From contig OZ037768.1 of the NCBI GenBank assembly GCA_964035545.1, positions 1,416,184 to 1,480,183 of the forward strand: DNA of 64,000 nt. The letters run 5' to 3'. The translations under genes and the position numbers were made by a program. The stretch is from Bugula neritina. Lineage: Eukaryota; Animalia; Bryozoa. Of the stretch, positions 58,283 through 64,000 are shown piece by piece. Under the pieces are notes generated by a model that made no database searches, was not told the DNA's origin, and was given only the letters and a program-made list of their open reading frames with translations. The stretch's first letter is position 1, and each line of letters opens with the position of its first letter.

Positions 58283-58660
58283 TTACTACTACTACTACAT
58301 CTACTACTACTACTACTAGTACTACTACTACTACTACTGCTACTACTACTGCTACTACTGCTACTACTACTGCTGCTACTACTACTACTACTACTGCTAC
58401 TAGTACTACTACTACTTCTACTACTACTACTACTGCTACTAGTAGTAGTAGTAGTAGTAGTACTACTACTACTACTACTACTGCTGCTACTACTACTGCT
58501 ACTACTGCTACTGCTATTGCTGCTACTACTACTGCTACTGCTACTACCACTACCACTACTACTAGTACTACTACTACTACCACCACTACTACTGCTGCTT
58601 CTACTGCTACTACTAATACTACCACTACTACCACTACTACTACCTCCACTACTACTAATG
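58283..58660. repeat. (ACT/GCT)n trinucleotide microsatellite
   Basis: Directly visible; produces the poly-T, poly-V and poly-L ORFs. Confidence 0.95.
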
Positions 58661-58772
58661 CCATAATTGCTATTAGATATACTGATATTACCAGTTTAGT
58701 AGTATTGATAATATCACCAGTTGAAGTAGTTATACTACTGCTACTCATACAAGCAAGTTATTCTACCTTCAG

Positions 58773-61700
58773 ATGAAGAGTTGGCCAGGAAACTCCGTGC
58801 TGAGGAGTTACTCTCCGAAAATCATGACCAGTCTGTAGACCAACTCTCACTCATAACAGACGAGCAGCTGGCCAGGTCGCTGGCAGCAGAAGACGCTCTT
58901 TCCCACAACACGCAGGATCTCTCCTCCAAACTCAAGAGGCGCCAGCTTGGTGAACTCTACCCTCAAGTTGACAGCAGCTTTCTAGATGAAGTTTTTGCTG
59001 CATACGGGTGAGATTCTGCCCTTCTCATACGCTGGTTCACGAGATATTTACTAGTGTGTAGTACTGTGTATTGTTAGCTAGTATATGGTACTTTGTATTG
59101 TTAGCTAATATATGGTACTGTGTGTTGTTAGCTAGTATATGGTGTACTGTGTACTTTTTTATAGTGATATATCACAAAAGTATAAAATGTTTTTTTTTCA
59201 GAAATAACCTGGAAGCATCTTTGAACTTCCTGAGCGAACATCACGGACCCTCCTGTGAGTATAAACTAAGTACAACATACAATATACTTAAGTGTAGGAG
59301 TCGTCTGCTCTGCTAGTATGGGAGTTGTCTGCTCTGTTAGTATGGGAGTCGTCTGCTGTGTTAGTATAGGAGTCGTCTGCTCTGCTAGTATAGAAGTTGT
59401 CTGCTCTGCTAGTATAGGAGTCGTCTGCTCTGCTAGTATAGAAGTTGTCTGCTCTGCTAGTATAGGAGTCGTCTGCTCTGCTAGTATAGAAGTCGTCTGC
59501 TCTGCTAGTATGGGAGTTGTCTGCTCTGTTAGTATGGGAGTCGTCTGGGGTGTTAGTATAGGAGTCGTCTGCTCTGCTAGTATAGAAGTTGTCCACTCTG
59601 CTAGTATAGGAGTTGTCTGTCCAGCATAGGCTAGTTACTTTTCAGTCATCACTTTAGGGTCAACATGCACTGTGTTGTGTAGATGGATTCCTAGTGAACA
59701 GCTGCCATACGCCAGCTTATTCATAGAAAGACCGAAATATGTCTTATTTCTCTCAACTTGTTATAGTCATGTTCGTTTATATTAGATAGTATAGGGAGTG
59801 GTCTAGTGGTTGTAGCACTGGTTTAGTAAGTAGAAGACATTGGTGATGTTAGGCAAAGCATTAAGTCATAATTGCTCCTTTGCCACAAAAATCCTGCTAG
59901 CCCTCAAACCACTTAAAAGAGACCTTTCTGTCCGGGGTTCTCACAGGGATGGTGACTAGAAGCTCACATGAGTTTTATATACTCTGTCACATGTGCTAAC
60001 CTCATTTGCGTTCCTTCTGCCAGTTATAAACTGTAAACTGCCTTCTATCTCTGCTGTATGAGGAGACATAACATTTCCCCTCATACGTTACCACTTGTCT
60101 GTGAAGTTGATTTGTTTTTGACTCCTGCAGCAAACTCCAAAGCAAAAGTATCATCTCCACCAGTACCAAGTCATGGGGCGAAAGCTGAGAGCAGTGATGG
60201 TGCCTCTGCAGTTCCCGTGTCTCTCAACGGTGCAGTCCACGGCGACGATCAGGTCATTATTGCATTGTTCTTAGTCTAAGTTACCTGCACACAAGTGGAG
60301 TTGTTACTTCTTGTATAACAACAAATTATCTGTATCTTAGCAATTCTTTGTGAATGCATGTGTCCTGTGTTCCAACAGTGGTTCGATATGGAAGAATATG
60401 AGAACAAAGCCGGATATAATGAGTTCAGAGCTGAGGCTCTAATTCATATGGAAGAGAAAAAGAAGTGCGAGGAAAAGGCCCGAAATGCTTTTATGAAAAA
60501 GCAGTTTGATGTTGGCTACCATTACGGACGAATGGTATGATACCGATTGATGGTTACTTGTTGATTTCTAGTACACTGTATGGATAATAATTAGCAAACC
60601 TGTATAAAGTTTAGTGAGCACCAAGATATAATGGTCTAAGTTTGAACGTTACCACTCCACAATTTGAATTATCAAAAATTTGACTGAAATGCAATTGAAA
60701 ACTGACTTAAATACAATATCAAACAACTTGCAGGATTTTATATAAGTTATAATGGTGAGATATTTTAGTGGTATCTGACCCTGACTGGCAGAGTTTTACA
60801 TGGTCTGTTAGAGTTGGTTTCATATTATTTAATGTGTGAACGTCTTGCTTACAGGCGCAGGATCATAAGAGCAAACAAAAAGAGGCCAACTTCCAGGCAG
60901 CCTCTCAAATATTTCGACACAACAACTCAAACAGGGATCGGCAGGAAGCAGACCTGCACGGCCTTCACCCTCATGAGGCGGTGCTCGTTGTGGAACAAAT
61001 CATCCTGGCTAAGCGACGAGGTGGGTTTTATTTTGAAGATAATTTGTAGTGGAGCTTGAAATGTGCACTTACTCACTCTGTCCATGTGTATCCATTCTGG
61101 CCATTTTATTCTTTCATCTTTTAGAAAGTTATGTGTGTAACTACTTCACACTGAGATTTATTATGATCATTATTGTGTTTCCATTTCAAACCATATGATA
61201 TTTCACACGATTATATCTGCCATATTATATACTGTACAAGTTTACATTATTGCAATACCATGTATTAAATATTATATGTTATAGTATAAAATGATACACA
61301 CTATAGCATTTTATGTGCTATAACCACTCCACTCCTTTTCTTCATCCTTATATCTACTTTTAACTTTGCACCAGGAAAAGAGAAGTATGTCTACCTAGTA
61401 ACTGGCCGTGGAAATAACTCCAAAGGAGGCGTACCGAAAGTTCGGAGTGCTGTACTCGCGTATTTAAACAAAAACAATATACAGTAAGTTCTTGGCAGTT
61501 AGCCAATAGTTTCTGTTATCACAGCACTTTAAACAATAAACTTTATAATAAAATATTATACTTTTAGCAGCTAATTCACTAATACACACATCTCCGTTTG
61601 CTGTTTTAATTGAGTTTTAATACAACGAAGACTTGCATTATGCTGAAAGATAAGAATTGAAGCCATCTTCGTTTTACTATAAGATGAGTCTGTCCCCCTT

Positions 61701-61799
61701 CTTTAAATGCTGCCATTAATAAAGCAAGCTGTCTAACCATATATTGTTTGTTGTAGGCATTCCATGTCCAACCCTGGGATGATAAGGGTGGTGCTTTAA
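58773..61799 (+). CDS. N4BP2/Cue2/NONU-1-like protein (MIU-like motifs, CUE, DUF1771, Smr nuclease domain); 5' end not identified
   Basis: Exons 58773-59007, 59202-59254, 60131-60252, 60379-60534, 60855-61020, 61375-61483, 61757-61799, phase-consistent. DLSSKLKRRQLGELYPQVDSSFLDEVF (CUE), YNEFRAEALIH...ARNAF (DUF1771), DLHGLHPHEA and VTGRGNNSKGG...VRSAVLAYL...NPGMIRV (Smr). Confidence 0.85.
59292..59625. repeat. 24-bp minisatellite (AGTCGTCTGCTCTGCTAGTATAGG)n
   Basis: About 14 units beginning ~40 nt after the donor at 59255. Confidence 0.92.
59793..59978 (+). mobile_element. tRNA-derived SINE, internally deleted copy
   Basis: GTGGTCTAGTGGTT head, ATTGGTGATGTTAGG core and GGGGTTCTCACAGGGATGG...CACATGAGTTTT tail; no B-box segment. 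Confidence 0.7.
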
Positions 61800-63865
61800 A
61801 CTATTGTGACTGAATTTTAATCTAAACTAAGCATTTGGTAAATGTCTACTTTAATTTTTTGTTATGTAACTGATAATGTAAACTACGCATTATATACTTA
61901 TGTTTTACCCTTCACCAGATTACATCATTATCTATATGTCACCATATGATATACATGTATATTTATATAATATGATGATTCCATTCTGCTTGCCTGCAAA
62001 TGATGAGATTTTTCGTGTATTTTTTTAATACCAAGAAGTATTAGCAATATTTTAATTATATTTTTGGATGTCATCTAATGTACAAGGATGCCATATCAAT
62101 TTTTCATGTTGTAATATTTTTACGTCTTGGATTTTACACTCTGCTATTCCTTCAGAGGAATCATTTTTATATCAGCTGATAAAACAGCGTTTTATTGGTA
62201 AATGCTGGTGGCATTGTTGAATATATTTTCTATGACTACTAGCTGTAAGCTACATGCTCTGCATGATTTTGTGCACTGAAACTATATTTTAACATTCGAA
62301 TAACTCATATCATATGTGACTATATAATATTATTTTACCCAATTGCTGTATAGCATTTTATCCAGTTCAAAATATACTGAACTCAATTATTTTCAATTGC
62401 TGTACAGTTTATTGGATTATTTTAAAATCCTGTTTTGTAACTATTCGTGAGTAATAACTTAAAGCATTACTGTGCACTATTTAATTAACAGACAGTCCAT
62501 CATTCAATGCATTAATGAAACTCATAGCAAAACAAGATTTAACTTTCAACTTCCTCAGGTGTTTTGCTGTGATCTGTTTAAACTGTGCATGGATAAATTA
62601 TTATTGCATTCACGTACAATCGCAACCTAACTCTTCCTTTGTAATGTAGCAACACTGTTACAAAGCAGATAGTGTAAAGCTATCCCCCCCTGTGGTGAGG
62701 GGTTTGTGTTCATTGTGGGCTTAAGCATTCTTTAAGGCTTGAAACATCTGCTTTAAAACAGCATTACCTGGCTTCACTTTTGCCAAGTTGGTTTGACATT
62801 AGCTTAGAACTACATAATATAATTGAAAGATATGTTTTCCTAAAACATTATTTGGTTACTGATCATGCTTGTAGGGTGTAACATATGAAGCAATCTGTAA
62901 CGAAATTATTGCAATTTCTTACAAGCAATATGCAAACATGTTGCTTGCTAAAAACATAACAATCTATGCCCTGTAGCACTCATAATGAGCTACATTGCAC
63001 CACTTGAAAAAAGGAGATGCAACACAGCATAATAATGATAGAGAATAATTGAAACCATGTATACTGCTAAAATAAATGGTAATGCATTTATTTTAGCAAT
63101 TCCAGCATATGATATTGAAAATATGAGTAAAATATTTCACAACAGAACGTGATGATGAGACTAGGTGAACAGTATGAGGATGGTATATAGATGATGAAAG
63201 TATTCTAACATTTCAAAATACTTTAATTCTAAAATATATAACTTAAAAATATAATAATTAGTTGGCTATATACATTATCAAAAGGGAGCACAACACAGTT
63301 AGCTAATATGAGTGAAGCATTTTTAGGAGTATTAATAAACCAGGGCAGCTACATTTTACAACTCGCAAATTCAATTCTAGCCATCTACGACCCAAAAGCA
63401 TACAACAGAAAGACACAGTAAGTATATATAAATGTAAGTGCTCAAAAATATGAAAGATGCATGCTATATAAATTAACACAGACTATAAAGAGAGGTGTGA
63501 AAAATGCTATAACCATGCTGGTGAAGACAACATTATACAAAGTAAATACGTCACTCGAAGGCACCTAAGCTTATGACTGGCAAGACAATGAGAGGGATAT
63601 AATATCCAAGATTACTAATAACTTATTGCATCATTATAATAAAACTTGAAACTTAAATTAATGTTCTTCTAGCAAATTTTTACACAAAGAACTCATTGCT
63701 CTTCAAATTACTGGGGCAATAATGAAAACAGAGCATACACATTGGCGCATGTCCATGTACAGCCATATTTATGTAAATGAAGGTGATTTCAGTCAAAGCC
63801 AGATTCTATTAACTTGAATACTGGACACAGGCTAGGCAGATTAGTAGGTGTTAAGATAAGATAGC

Positions 63866-64000
63866 CTAAGTAGCTTCGTTGATAGAAGTCAACTGAACAG
63901 GGGTGTCTTCCTGATTACTGTGAGTAGAGCCTTGTTCATCATCTTCCTTGCACCATTTCGATACGGATGAAGCAACTACTATCGCAACAGCAATCAACAG
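63866..64000 (-). CDS. C-terminal end of an unidentified membrane protein entering from the right edge
   Basis: Open frame LLIAVAIVVASSVSKWCKEDDEQGSTHSNQEDTPVQLTSINEAT* (hydrophobic segment then acidic tail), GC-richer than its flanks. Confidence 0.55.
   Translation of the reverse strand: MLIAVAIVVASSVSKWCKEDDEQGSTHSNQEDTPVQLTSINEAT

Noticed and set aside
58237-58776. 179-aa poly-Thr mucin-like ORF and its poly-Val/poly-Leu counterparts
   Set aside because: An (ACT)n microsatellite open in several frames; it stops at 58776 and is out of frame with the Smr exon

Overview
AT-rich, gene-dense, intron-containing animal (invertebrate-type) genomic DNA; no prokaryotic features, rRNA, intact tRNA or CRISPR. 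Hand-spliced genes in order: SMG5 (5' part, -), GFOD1 (+), a KLF9/13-group zinc-finger factor (-), MPC2 (+), AGTPBP1/CCP1 (-, about 24 coding exons), an SLC46-like MFS transporter (+), a compact TOX4-like HMG protein (+), MRPS16 (-), the first two coding exons of SLK (+), a headless N4BP2/Cue2-like MIU-CUE-DUF1771-Smr gene (+), and the 3' end of a membrane-protein gene (-). Most genes form head-to-head pairs. Mobile DNA: two copies of a non-autonomous foldback element (8-bp TSDs, ~440-bp inverted arms, kb-long almost pure A/T core), both in divergent promoter regions and one carrying a nested dead Tc1 element; a hAT-type MITE; three copies of a tRNA-derived SINE; and a perfect 310-bp inverted repeat. 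The most unusual signals are (1) intron-specific minisatellites that abut, and often reiterate, splice junctions, (2) the promoter-inserted foldback family, (3) degenerate 3/6-nt-periodic tracts flanking each promoter region, and (4) SLK exons followed directly by Smr-nuclease exons. Coordinates were read by eye; splice models and family calls come from motif recognition, not database searches.
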